Assembly: GCF_020745735.1 (NCBI RefSeq)
Contig: NC_083430.1
Span: 30,928,909 to 30,992,908 of the forward strand
Reading direction: 5' to 3'
Origin: Hemiscyllium ocellatum
Taxonomy: Eukaryota
DNA length: 64,000 bases
In this document: piece after piece, positions 48,003 to 59,692 of the stretch
Position numbering within the stretch: position 1 is the stretch's first letter
Layout: each line of letters begins with the position of its first letter
Program-made: the position numbers and the translations under genes
The notes under the pieces: generated by a model
Database searches by the model: none
Seen by the model: only the letters and a program-made list of their open reading frames with translations
Told to the model about the DNA's origin: nothing

Positions 48003-49449
48003 CTACACAAAAATACAGAATATCCACAGGTTAATCTTAAAAGTGGCCAAAGTATTATATTGTGACCCACATTAGACAGTCCCTTCTGGATGAAGCATTT
48101 TTAGCACTGGTTGGACAGACCCAACACTTAGTAATAAATAGCACTTGTTCTACCTGATGTGGCAGAATTTGTACTAAAGTTGCTACTGTTCCTTCTGGCT
48201 TGACACTAATTCTGTAAACTTTCACCAAAACAATTAAGTTTAAAATACATCAAACCTGATTTTATCATGCTGACCCAAGGATACAAGAATGAGATTTGGA
48301 GTGATAAATTCCAAAATATCTGATCATTGATCAAGCTGAATGGGTATCAACTACTGCAATATAATAGATATCTCAGGTCAATGTGAATTCCCAATGTTGG
48401 TTATTTCAATGACAATGTCAACTTCAGAGCTCAAAATGCTTCTGAGCATTTTCAGTAACACATGTAGGACTACAAATGTAGGACTGTATGCAGCTGTTGA
48501 CAAGGTATATTTTCTAGGCTATAATAGCCAATAAACTTATCTTCAAAAACTGTTGGTCTCTTCTTCGGCAAAGATCTGATATTCAAAACTTCCTGGAACA
48601 CAGTGAATAAGTTATGAGGACAAGAAAATCCTAGAGCAAAGCTGTAAAGCATGATCAATACTGATTCCAAAAGCAGCATCTAGTCAAGCTTCAGGAGGAA
48701 AGGAATTTGCAGTATGATTTCTCACATTATGAAGTGAGTCAAAAGTATAATATTGATCAATTTGAAATGCTGGCAGCATGTAGAAATTGATAAGCACAAC
48801 CATGATCCAGATTTGGAAAATTTAGTGTTTTTCACTGACCTAGACCATAGGGAATAGTTTGTCAAGTAGATTCTGTAGGGTACAGAATTACAGCATAAAG
48901 CGCTTTGCAGTCACACTGTTTTGGATTCCTCTACAGAGTGGACACCAAATGCTTTTGGACACAGTATCAGATCAAGCGCTCCAAGGTCAAGTGAAACATG
49001 GATACATTGAAAGCGAAGTTCCCTCTTCACTACATCTACATCTCAACCAAGAAAGTACACTGACAACTCAACTCTTCCACTTACAGCCTTATACATGACA
49101 ATTAAATGGCCAGTCCAGTGCCTACTGCGGGCACAGACCTGCTCAGAATAAAGACAGACAATCCTAGTCCATTTAAATGATAGACTGTCCAGGCTTCTTT
49201 TGAACACAGCTACAAAGAAGCCAACATTTTGAAACAAACTTAATCTACAGGGGACCATTCTGGTATTTGAGGTCACTTGGGTGACTTGAACCACTGACAT
49301 TAATTCATAACTAAATTTGTGTATCCATTTGCAAATCTATTTAAAATTAAACTGGGTTTATTGATTTGCTATATGTATGGAATACTCAACACTTGAGATT
49401 CTATTACAAGTACTTAGGAAAGCAATCAGACATTTTTACATTTCCCAGT

Positions 49450-50378
49450 AATCAAAATACCTTTTATAAGATACCACTCAGTTAGGCTTGTAACAAAGGC
49501 CAGGGAGCAGGTGGAATCATGAAATAAACTGGTGGATGAATACAAAATTGGCTAAAAATAGAAAACAGAGTAAGAGAACACTATTATTCAGATTACAACA
49601 CAAAAAGGTGATCCTCCACAAAGGATGGGCCCACTTTTATTCATAAATGAAATGTACTTGAGAAACTATTGAAATTTTGGCTAATTGCAAACTGGAGGGT
49701 ATCGGAGGAAAAGCTAAATACCATATAGATATATCAGAAGAATTGTAAATTGCACAATTAAGTGGCAAAATAAAACCGCCTTGGAAATTAAGAAATTGAA
49801 TAGCAGGAGGTCTAAAGAGAGCTACAAATACAGGTGACCAAATCAAAAGCAGCCCTCCAGATCAGTAAAGCAATTCGAATGCTAATAAACCATCGAAATC
49901 AATTTCTATAGGTACACAATTGAAAGTAATGAAATTATGTTAAGCTTATATAGGAGCCAAATGATGCCACATGAGGGATAATATGATGTACTGCTTAGAT
50001 CCTATGCAATAAAGGGACACAAATTGAAGAATAAAAGATGTATTCAAAAATGACAAGATGGGAGATTTAAGGTTTTCTTAAAAGAAAACTGACTTTACAA
50101 GAGATTTTGAAAACAATGATAGGATTGGACAGTTAAGAGCATGGTTTTGCTTGTGAAAGAATGTATTCAATGAAATAGAAAGAATGAGAATGCGGAATTT
50201 ATTACAAGTTGTCAACTCAAACAGATTCCAAAAGTAAGTTAGATTAATACTTGGAAAAAAAAAGGAAAAGAATGCTGAATGGCAGACGGGGAGTAAATAG
50301 AACTAGAGACGACTCATGAAATGTGAACAACCAGTCTATTAGGGGAGAATCACCATTTCTGGGCTTTATGTTCTATGT
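49450..50378 (+). mobile_element. Extremely degenerate CR1 remnant in RSRP1 intron
   Basis: W..NWL.NRKQRV-like and GPL.F remnants; ends in TATGTTCTATGT. Confidence 0.5.
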
Positions 50379-51594
50379 CGTTATATTTCCGTTAAAAAAT
50401 TCTTGACCATATTGCTAAACAATGATTCTGAAAATACAGGACAAGAAATGATGCATCTGTTAATATCACCATCAAGATCTTAGACTAAGTATCATAGATG
50501 TCAGAACACTAATTCATCAGGATAAGTCTCCTTTTATAAAGGGACAATACAATATATTAAAGAACCAACATACTGCGCTATCTTGACTTGAGTGGCACAA
50601 CAGAGACCTAGCTTACCACATTTTCCTTAGTTGCCCCATTTGACCATACTTCTGGCTTGACAGATCACGGAGCTCCTTGACCCAACAAACAAAAAACAGG
50701 AGCAGCAGCAGTAAAAGTTCATGCACACTGGTTTATCCTTCCACATATTAATAGTGGGCAGTCAGCTAATTGTAGGATTCCCCAGGAACAGAGCCAAATG
50801 GCTCACCCCTTAGTCCCAGGAAATGTCATAAAAACTAATGTATTAACATTACACAAAAACCCTAAACAGCCTTCCCACTTAACATTTTGTTGCGGTGACA
50901 ATGCCCCAGTTTCATTTATATAGAATATTTGAAAGCCAATTGTCCTTTATATTATATTGGCCTAGCTGCCCCCAAACACTGCACACACGCAGATACAAAG
51001 ATACCACCTCATATCTTCAAGAAGTGCAGTCCATTTCAAGGCTTCTATAAAACAGAAATAAATCAAGTCACACAAACCAACTTTAGTTTTTATATATGGG
51101 AAGCGTTTGAATGACATGTTGACAAGCTACGAGTAACAATTACTGTACATTATGACAAAAAGTACAAAAGTACTAATTAGCTATAAAAACATTGGGGTAA
51201 CCTGAGGTCACAAAAAACACAAGTGTAAATTGTCTCTTTCCCTTAGAGTATAAGACAGCATGGTACAATTTCCACTTTTTTTTTTAGGAATAGTTACATG
51301 CTGCAATTTGTTGTGAGAATAAAACTGATCTCCTTATCAAGCATAATGTGGATATTAAACCATTGTAAAAATGGTTGAGTTGAAAAGGGTCAGACCCACC
51401 AAGTTTATTCCATTTTGCTGCAGGAGCAAATGGCAAGAATGTCAATTTATCTAAGTTTTGACAACAGCCACTTTTATAAAGATCATACAATACATTGTAC
51501 AAGTGAGCAAGTGCTCAAATATCAATATAGAAAGCACTTGTTTTGACAATGGCATGCAGCTAAATCAATTTAATATAAATAGTTTATCACTCAC

Positions 51595-51755
51595 CTTTCT
51601 GGTTACTGCTTTTACTGCATCGCTGTTACTTTTCATTTCAGAAAGTGTCTCAGTGAGAGGGTTGACAGGCCTCAAGTTAGAAGGCAAGCAGATGTTACCC
51701 TTGCCCAATAATTTATCAGCATTTGCCTTTGCAATTTCAAGTAGCTTCTGTTTAT
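51595..51755 (-). CDS. RSRP1: RSRP1 coding exon
   Basis: tttcag| DKQKLLEIAKANADKLLGKGNICLPSNLRPV...TRK |gtgagt; matches human DRMELLEIAKTNAAKALG..IDLPASLR. Confidence 0.95.
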
Positions 51756-52708
51756 CTGAAACAAAAAAACATTTTAGGCTGCAATTCTTCCTACATTTAA
51801 TGTAGTTGTCAAAAGCTTGAAGTGCTGACAGGCAATAACAGTACTAAATCAAGGTTTAATTTAAAAGAACTGAAAACAAAGTTAAGATATTTGTGGTGGT
51901 ATCAATGAATATCATTGCAGTCTGTTGGTCTCGTAATGTAGCACTGAATAGGTAAAACATTTGTGTTTGCATAACAGTGCACAGTGAGCAGTCAGAACCT
52001 AGTAACCAAGTACAATACTGAATAATCACCTAGAACTTAAAGCAACTGGCTGTCGTCTTTTAAAGTTGTCACATGACCAAGTGACATCTCTCCCAGATTC
52101 TGAAAGGCAGATTAAACCATTATGTAATGTTGTTTAGAAAATAACAGTAAATTGTTTGTTTTATAATAGCCACATTGCAACTTTTATAAATTCACCAAAG
52201 CTATACTGTCCCAGCATCCATTGCCATTAGCTGATGGGGAAATCTTAATGCTATTTAACTTCAATAGAAAGTTGTAAATTTTGTTTTGCACATCGAGATT
52301 TACAAATTGCTCTAGTTTCCCAGGATTTTGTTCAAACAGACTAGTTTGTAACTTGATGGATAAAACAGCAATTTGTCAAGATTTTAAAAGACCCACTTTT
52401 TAACAGGGATACGGTGACCAGATTATAAAACAGGCAGTTCCTCAATAGCACTCTGGTTGTGTTCTTGCACAAATCTGAATTACAGAAAAATCGTGCTTTA
52501 GAGACAGCACAAACTGTTGGCAATATAATCACATTACAGTCAGCACAAGTTTAAAGGTTCACATTTTAGAAACAGTGTTCCCAATTTGTCATTTGTGTTA
52601 CAGCAGATTTGCATTAATAAAATGCATGTTGCAGCTGAAAAACCTATATCCCCATTATTTTGAAAACATACTGCAAGGTCTTATTCCTATTCAAAAAAAA
52701 TCTACTAC

Positions 52709-53524
52709 CTTTTTGCGTTAAGCGGAAAGATCTGTCCCTTGATCTGCTTCGACGGGATCGTGGTTGCGTCCTGTAAGCAAAGCCATAGTAACCTCTCCGA
52801 AATCTGGACGGGGACCGAGACCATGATCTGGACCTTCTGTACCTCAAACTGGACCTTGGCCTTTGATATGATCTAGAACATCTGGATCTAGACCTGTATC
52901 TTTGTGGTGACCGGTAAGACATTCGACATCTGGATCTTCGGTAACAAGACAGTGACCGGCTTCTAGACCGGGACCTTGAGCAGCTTTGCCTTGATCTTCT
53001 ATAGCTCCTCTGGCGTGATATGTATCTGCCTCTCGAAGAGAAAGAGGCATTGTCTGAACTTGAACCATACCTCTCGGAAGAGGATGATGAACTTGATCGG
53101 GAGCTTGCTGAACTTGAGCTTCTCGAAGATGATACTGATATTGACCGGGAACGACCTGACGATGACATTGAACTTGACCGGGAGCTGCTTGTAGAACATG
53201 CAGAACTTGACCGGGAGCTGCCCGAAGATGACATCGAACCAGATCGGGAACTGCCTGAAGAGGATGCTGAACTCGATCGGGAACCTTTAGATCGTCTGAT
53301 AGCAAGTGTTCTGGAACGTGACATTCTCTGATTCTTGTCAGTTCCTTGACAAGGAGAATTAAGTCTCAATTCATGCACAGCAGCAAATACACTTTCAGTC
53401 TTCAGTTCTTGTGCATGGCACCCAGCTGTTTCACAATCCATTTCAATGTCTTTCTCCATCACCTGCACCAATTTTGCATTTGATTTCAGAACATTATCAC
53501 ACACTTGCTGTAAATTTGGTTTAC
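52709..53524 (-). CDS. RSRP1: RSRP1 large Arg/Ser-rich exon (conventional start probably ATG 53459, giving 384 aa)
   Basis: catatag| ... RS-rich ... YYGF ... SFRLTQK G|gtagta; matches human YYGF...PFRLSEK; 816 nt, phase 1-1. Confidence 0.93.
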
Positions 53525-54418
53525 CTATATGGAACAACAAACATTAGAATGAGGTCAACAAATCTTCTATTAAATCATACTGAATACCATTACACAAGAA
53601 CCAAATCTAGTAGATGGTGCAACAAATCAATTTCATGTTGCTACCTTCCATTATTTTATGAAGATTACATTTATGGGTCTACTATTAATTACTGCAACAT
53701 CTGAATTATGAAGCATAAGTACTTATTTAGTACGCCACAACTACGCTGGGGTTTTAAAGGCATTATTAAAATCAACTCTATGCCCTTTCTCCACAGCTAT
53801 GCACCTGTTCCCTTCAATTTTAAGGGCGGCATATGTCCAATTATATGCTGAAATTTTCCATTAAATCTACTCCCACCTGGCAGGTAGGGTAATACGATCA
53901 TAATTCTGTCTCCAATTACTAACCTACCTGCAACAGGAAACATTTTCTTAAACTGAGCAAAAAGCTAAACTTTTGAACATGGCCAATAAATCTCCCTTTG
54001 ATTTTTGTTGCTCCATTGAGACCTATCACATTTTCCCTTCACTCAACAGAACAACTCATACGTCATTAACCAAAAAAAAATCACTGCCATGCCCTGCCCA
54101 ATCAGCCCCCAAAAATCACTGCTGTGCCCTGCCCAACATATCATATATAGTTTTTGGAAGGATCACAAGTTTTTTTTTGTTGCAAGTTGACTAGAAACTA
54201 CTGCAGTTTTCTTCCAAGGTTTGTAAGTTAACCTTCTGTACAATATTTATAGAAATTTCAAATTTTAAACTCTGTGGAAAACTATTTTCAGCTTCAGTTT
54301 CATCTTTCAAAATGATTTAATGGGACAGTTTCAACATGTGATCATTTAAAAATGAAGTGCAATGCTTTTCCACCCTGTTTTCAATAACTCAAATCACCTG
54401 GAGACAATGACCAGAGTT

Positions 54419-54706
54419 ATAGATTAGATTACTTACTGTGGAAACAGGCCCTTCAGCCCAACAAGTCCACACCAACCCTCCGAAGAGCAACCCACCCAGA
54501 CCCATTCCCCTACATTTACCCCTTCACCTAACACTATGGGCAATTTGGAATGGCCAATTCACCTAACCTGCACATCTTTAGACTGTGGGAGGAAACCCAT
54601 ACAGACATTGGGAGAATGTGCAAACTCCACACAGACAGATGTCCGAGGCGAGATTTGAACCCGGGTCTCTGGCAGTGTGAAGCAGCAGTGCTAACCACTG
54701 TGCCAC
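54419..54706 (-). mobile_element. HE1-type V-SINE
   Basis: Reverse-complement match to the 12633 copy, including A/B boxes and tail. Confidence 0.9.
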
Positions 54707-55485
54707 TGTTGTATTTTGGAAGTATTCTTTTGCCAATAATTTTAAAGCAGGGAAATGCTTTTAACAGGTACTGCATATTTTGGTGCTACGGCAATGTTAC
54801 ACTTCTCTATATATGGATGCCACCAGACATTTGTGCTCCATGCACTAGAACTGACGGGCTTTATAATCAGTCAGCACTAAACGTTAATGCGAGTTGCCAT
54901 AGTCTTACCAGACGAGATTGCTCCCTTTCATTAAGGAGGGATGACTGGCGATGAATTTAACCTGAGGATCACCATACCTCAGTCAAGGGAGGGATTGAAG
55001 AGTGCAGTTCACAGTAAACTCAAGGGTGGGCAAATTGAACCCATGCTGTTGACAACACTATGTATCACAAACCAACCAGCTGCCCAGCTGAACGAAACAA
55101 CCCCTTCAGTCAGCATTAACCTCTGGTACATAATTGGAAAGACATTTTGGGACAGCAATTTTTTTGGAATGTATACACAAGTCAACAGCACAAAAATCTG
55201 AGTTGTGAAAAATGGTTTATTTCTATTATCCAATAACTGTGCTAAATAATGGTAAGCTCTCAAATATCTCACTCCAGTTCCAACATTAACTTAAGAGGAA
55301 AAATAAATTCACACTGAATGAATCCTTGCCACTACATTAACAAAGCTTCACTCAAATGTAAAATGATTGCTTAACAAAAATTATTCCCAACTCCAAACAT
55401 AGTTTCTCTTAGGCATTATGGAATGCTGGACTCTGATTTTCAACTACAACTAAAACTTACCATATATGAAAATAATTGGACTTAC

Positions 55486-55538
55486 CATAGATGGATTTCT
55501 CTTCCGTAGTTTCCCAGGAAAGATTACAGGAATTTAGC
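55486..55538 (-). other. RSRP1: RSRP1 exon 2 (53 nt; alternative donor extends it to 55461)
   Basis: ttttttgttaacag| ... ATG|GTAAGT, with a second ATG|GTAAGT 25 nt further on. Confidence 0.7.
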
Positions 55539-55749
55539 CTGTTAACAAAAAATACATATTTATATGCAAAGCTTGGTTTGGAATTAAAATATAATACTAG
55601 AACGTGATTTTTAACAGTAAATCCAAAATCCTTCCAGAAACTTCAGCTCATTTTAAATTGCATACCCCTGAAACTCCTCACGTGACAAATGTCTCCACTG
55701 CTCCCAGAACAACCAAAGTCTTAACTTGAGTTATTTAAATTAGTCACGA

Positions 55750-55830
55750 TTAGAGTGGTGCTGGAAAAGCACAGGTCAGGCAGCATCTGAGGAGGAAAAT
55801 TGCCATTTCGGGGAAAAGCCCCTCATCAAG
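55750..55830 (-). mobile_element. PLE tail fragment
   Basis: TTGATGAGGGGCTTTTCCCCGAAA...GCTTTTCCAGCACCACTCTAAT on - strand. Confidence 0.7.
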
Positions 55831-56449
55831 CCAGTCTCAGGCCATACATCGCTCGACTATTCCAACTGCCTGACAATATAGGTATCCTGTCCTTCCTTTG
55901 ACTGATACCTTTAACCATCTAAGCTTTGCATTAATGTTATCACCCACACTATTGGATTGATTTTTTTAATTGTGAGATTACTTTGGTGAAGCATATTGCA
56001 ATGCTTTACATCATACAATGCAAGATGCTATTACACTGGAGCCTTTTCATTCCATTCATTTGATAAGTTAGTGGTTATCTTTAAACCTAAAACAAAAGAC
56101 AAGTGCCTATGTCACTCAGCTACATCACCACCCAAGTGAGTCACCTTCTAGAAAATTCCCCACTGCTTAAGGATTTCAATTGGCCAGAGGACAGAGCTAA
56201 TCAACAATGAGTCAGCAGGGCTTGGCTTTCACCAGTGTAAGCACCGTGTTGTGCAGAAATTCAGCTTCTCATTTCACAGAAAATTAAAACAATGAAAATG
56301 GTTCATGTTGACAACTTAAGTAGTTTTAACAATAGAAAAAAAACAGGCTAAACCGGATTATGACAACATAAAACAGGAAACAAACAAGCACTTAAAGCTT
56401 CCACAATTGTTCTAAGAGTACACTTAAAAATGCAAATTGACACCACTCA

Positions 56450-56875
56450 GCTGCCCCCCACAGCCCAACCTATTGACTTGGACCCCACTCCATTCACCCC
56501 CTCCCCAGCCCACTGACCGAAGGGCTTTTGCCTGAAACATCGATTTTCCTGCTCCTCAGATACTGCCTGACCGACTGTGCTTTTCCAGCACTCTAATGTA
56601 GATCATTGACTTTGACCCCCACTCCATTCCCCCCCACCCACTACAGCCCAACCCATTGACTTTGACCCCCACTCCATTCCCCCCCCACCCACTACAGCCC
56701 AACCCATTGACTTTGACCCCCACTCCATTCCCCCCCCACCCACTACAGCCCAACCCGTTGACTTTGACCCCCACTCCATTCCCCCCCACCCACTACAGCC
56801 CAACCCATTGACTTTGACCCCCATTCCACACACCCCCAACTACAGTCCAACCCGTTGGGTTTGGCCCCACTCCCC
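56450..56875. repeat. 50/51-bp C-rich minisatellite (~6 units), interrupted by a PLE tail at 56514-56597
   Basis: Unit CATTGACTTTGACCCCCACTCCATTCCCCCCC(C)ACCCACTACAGCCCAACC starting at 56604, 56654, 56705, 56756, 56806. Confidence 0.92.
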
Positions 56876-57142
56876 CAAATAGCACCTTATTTGTTAAGGC
56901 AATCTAAACGATGCTCTACATCTGTCACAGATCTCGACAAGCCGAGCCAACAGAATCTCGATCCCAACTCAGACCAGCTCATTCCCCCCTCATTTCGCCA
57001 GTTGGTCAAAACTGCGTCAGACCCAAAGCCGAAACTTTAAACCGTTTGACGGAATTAGATCATCCACACCCCTCTCAAGAAATTTTCAATGGAAGAACAT
57101 TTTCTAATAGCGCGCCTCCTTCAAATACTGAAAAAAACTCAC

Positions 57143-57228
57143 CGATTATAATGGGCGGTTTGAACCGGAGATGCGGTTGAGCTACCACACGCGCGACCAT
57201 CACTAACGACCACCATCTTATCACTGCG
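57143..57228 (-). other. RSRP1: RSRP1 exon 1 (TSS approximate)
   Basis: ~30 nt downstream of TATAAAA; donor TCG|GTGAGT at 57143/57142; contains ATGs at 57216 and 57200. Confidence 0.75.
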
Positions 57229-57244
57229 GTAATTGTACTGAGCT

Positions 57245-57490
57245 CGCCCTTTTTATAACCTATTCGTGCAGGAACCCGCCTCCACCTCCCTCTCTTATTG
57301 GCTATTTCTCCGTGATCGCCGTCTCTATTCGTTTGTTTGGAAACTGCTTGTGATAGTAGCCTATAGAACGGTGTGTGCTGGTAGGATCTCTCTTTTCTAT
57401 TGGTTCATGGAGATGTCAGTCACAATGCGGCCCGCGCAGTTGTCGGAAACTCGACGCCTCATTGGTCACATGCACTGCCAATCAACAATA
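57245..57490 (-). promoter_or_regulatory. RSRP1 core promoter
   Basis: TATAAAA (57251-57257, -), GC box ~57273-57283, CCAAT boxes at 57297, 57399, 57461 (-) and 57478 (+); CpG-enriched. Confidence 0.8.
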
Positions 57491-58723
57491 AGACGCAGGC
57501 GTCTGTAAAATGCTGCACATGCTGCAAGTCTGAAATAAACAAATATACAGAAAATTCTAGAAGGAATTTGAAGATAATGTTAATGCTTTAGCTGTAAATA
57601 CTACTTGAAACCCGTCTCAAAACCTCTTTCATTTGAAATACATGTTATTACACCATTAGCATTTTAAAAAACTTTATTTGAATTTTACACTCTGGGGCGT
57701 GATGTTTTAGGTTATTAACCCCCTACTTTGAATAAAAGTGCACACAAAAGAGGAGCAGAAGACGCCCATTCGGCCCCACGAGCCTGCTGTGAACAAAATA
57801 AACACTGGTCTGATGGCATTTAGAATTCCAAATTCTCATCTACTCCCGCTAACTGTCGATTTCACTGACTTGCCCCCACGGCCCCCTCAACAAAACCCGC
57901 CCCCTTCAGCAGAATCAGCATTTGTTTGGTTGACCCAATAAACAGCAGTAAACAATACTGCTTCTTTACTGTGGTGACAAATACAAACAATCACGAAAAG
58001 CTACGTTTGCAATAGATAACATAAAAATAGATAAGAAGCAAGCATTACCATTACATGATTGCACAACCACCTTGCCCTGTAAAGGACTACAGAGGCAAAT
58101 AGTCACTACAATGCACAGACAATCATAAAGTCAAAGTCCCCTACATGGACTTTCACTCTCTACCAATTGTGCTTATGATTCTCTGACCTTTAATTAGGAA
58201 CGTGTTTTCGTGTGTCTTTATCTTTTATGTGTCTAAACAATATGAAGTCCTGCTCTATCTCATGTGGCAATGAACCTGCATAAAAATAAGCCATTGTTAT
58301 GTTGCTCATCAGTATGTTCCCTAGTATTTCAAATGCATGTAAGTAGTTTTGCATATATATGAGATGTCCTTAGTTTGTTTGGATAGGGTCAAAATCAATT
58401 TTATTTGTTTCCTTGGCATGCTACTGTACAGAACCGAACTGCATTCGTGACTATGTATGTATTTTCTATGAATAAAGTTTTGAAATATTTTTAATAACAA
58501 TTATGTCCCATATAATTAAGAACAGGGAATGCTGGGGCTAACCAGCTGGTTTGTGCAGGGAGATCAAGAAAAAACAATAGTTGGCGTTTCGAGTGTAATA
58601 TCTTCAGAACCAGTATCCGAGCTATTTCAGTGGGTATTTTTCTGTGAAGCTGCTCAGGTTTGAGTGGACTCGCAGTGGTGTCCCTTGAGTTTGACCCTAT
58701 CCAAACAAACTAAGGGTATCTCT

Positions 58724-58731
58724 TATAAAGA
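58724..58731 (+). promoter_or_regulatory. TATA box of the mgst3-like gene
   Basis: TATAAAGA immediately 5' of a small CpG-rich block (58750-59020). Confidence 0.55.
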
Positions 58732-58792
58732 GCTGTCCCTGTCCTTGCCAGGTGCCGCTCCCCTCCCTCAGCCTGGACACCTCGTAAAGCGC

Positions 58793-58843
58793 ATGTGCAG
58801 GATCGGTCCTCCAGGAGCTGCAGTGCCTCTGGAGGAGCGAGAG
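58793..58843 (+). CDS. Possible first coding exon of the mgst3-like gene (MCRIGPPGAAVPLEERE)
   Basis: First ATG after the TATA box; GAG|GTGTCG weak donor at phase 0 joins in frame to acceptor cccacgcag|58972. Confidence 0.35.
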
Positions 58844-58950
58844 GTGTCGCTGACGGCTGCCCGACGCCGAGGGGGCTCGGTTTTCCGACGCCGTTGGTTC
58901 GAGTCTCCAGGGAACCCCTCCGCCAGTCGTTGTGGACCCTACCGTCTCTA

Positions 58951-59106
58951 ATGCAATACGTTCCCACGCAGAATATTCAGGCCCACTCGAACCAATTTAT
59001 ACACCCGCATTTCGGCTATGTGATCCTGGTGTTTATCTATAGCTGGGTCATGTTGGCCTACCTGGGATTGAAAGTGGGCCTTGCCAGGAAGAAATACAAT
59101 GTCAAG
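58951..59106 (+). CDS. mgst3b: Microsomal glutathione S-transferase 3 (MAPEG family, mgst3b-like) N-terminal coding exon; 5' boundary is either ATG 58951 or acceptor 58972; later exons not found in the window
   Basis: PHFGYVILVFIYSWVMLAYLGLKVGLARKKYNVK|gtaaag matches MGST3 TM1 plus ARKKY.V; the FGYVI...YSW.ML.YL..KVG.ARKKY pattern is the fish mgst3b type; intron at the same position as in human MGST3. Confidence 0.85.
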
Positions 59107-59692
59107 GTAAAGGAGAAAGACACTGTACCATCAGCACAGGCCTCACTCGCCAGCTTTACTCTCACCACACCCTGAATGTTACAACTAGGCTCTAACCAAT
59201 GTAAAGTGTCCACATTCCTGCCCATTGTCATGCGCTGTCTCTTTATTTTTAATTCATCTTTTGTTCAGGTCTTTGCAATTTTTTTCTTTAAAAATGAATT
59301 TTTTCAGCTATGGTTATTTTGGAAGGTTTGCAATTTAAAGAACCTAGGATTTTCTAATAGCCTCCAGTTTGAAAGGTGACTTTTTGGTTTTTGCTCCATG
59401 GCCTCTGACTGAACTTCCAATAATAGGACACAAATGTTGATTCAGTCATTGTGTGATTATATAACATAAGGAGGCAATGATCCTATCCAGCTCTCTCAAT
59501 AGGACACTCCATTCAGTCTTTTTTTTGCTGTATTCCTACCTGTATTTCCTAAAACTGTTCATCTAAATTTGATTTGAAATCACTGATTGATCAACCCAAC
59601 CTTCATGCAGCAGTTTCGAGGTCATTATCACACTGAATAAAATGGTTCTTCCATATGTTCTCCTTACATCTTTTGTCAAAACCACAAATCTG

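Noticed and set aside
53020-53331. Acidic ELDRE-repeat ORF on + strand (and other overlapping ORFs 52844-53305)
   Set aside because: Antisense or alternative-frame shadow of the RSRP1 Ser/Arg codons
58795-59175. 126-aa ORF as a single-exon protein
   Set aside because: Starts at GTG and reads through the AAG|GTAAAG donor; only the part up to 59106 is MGST3-like
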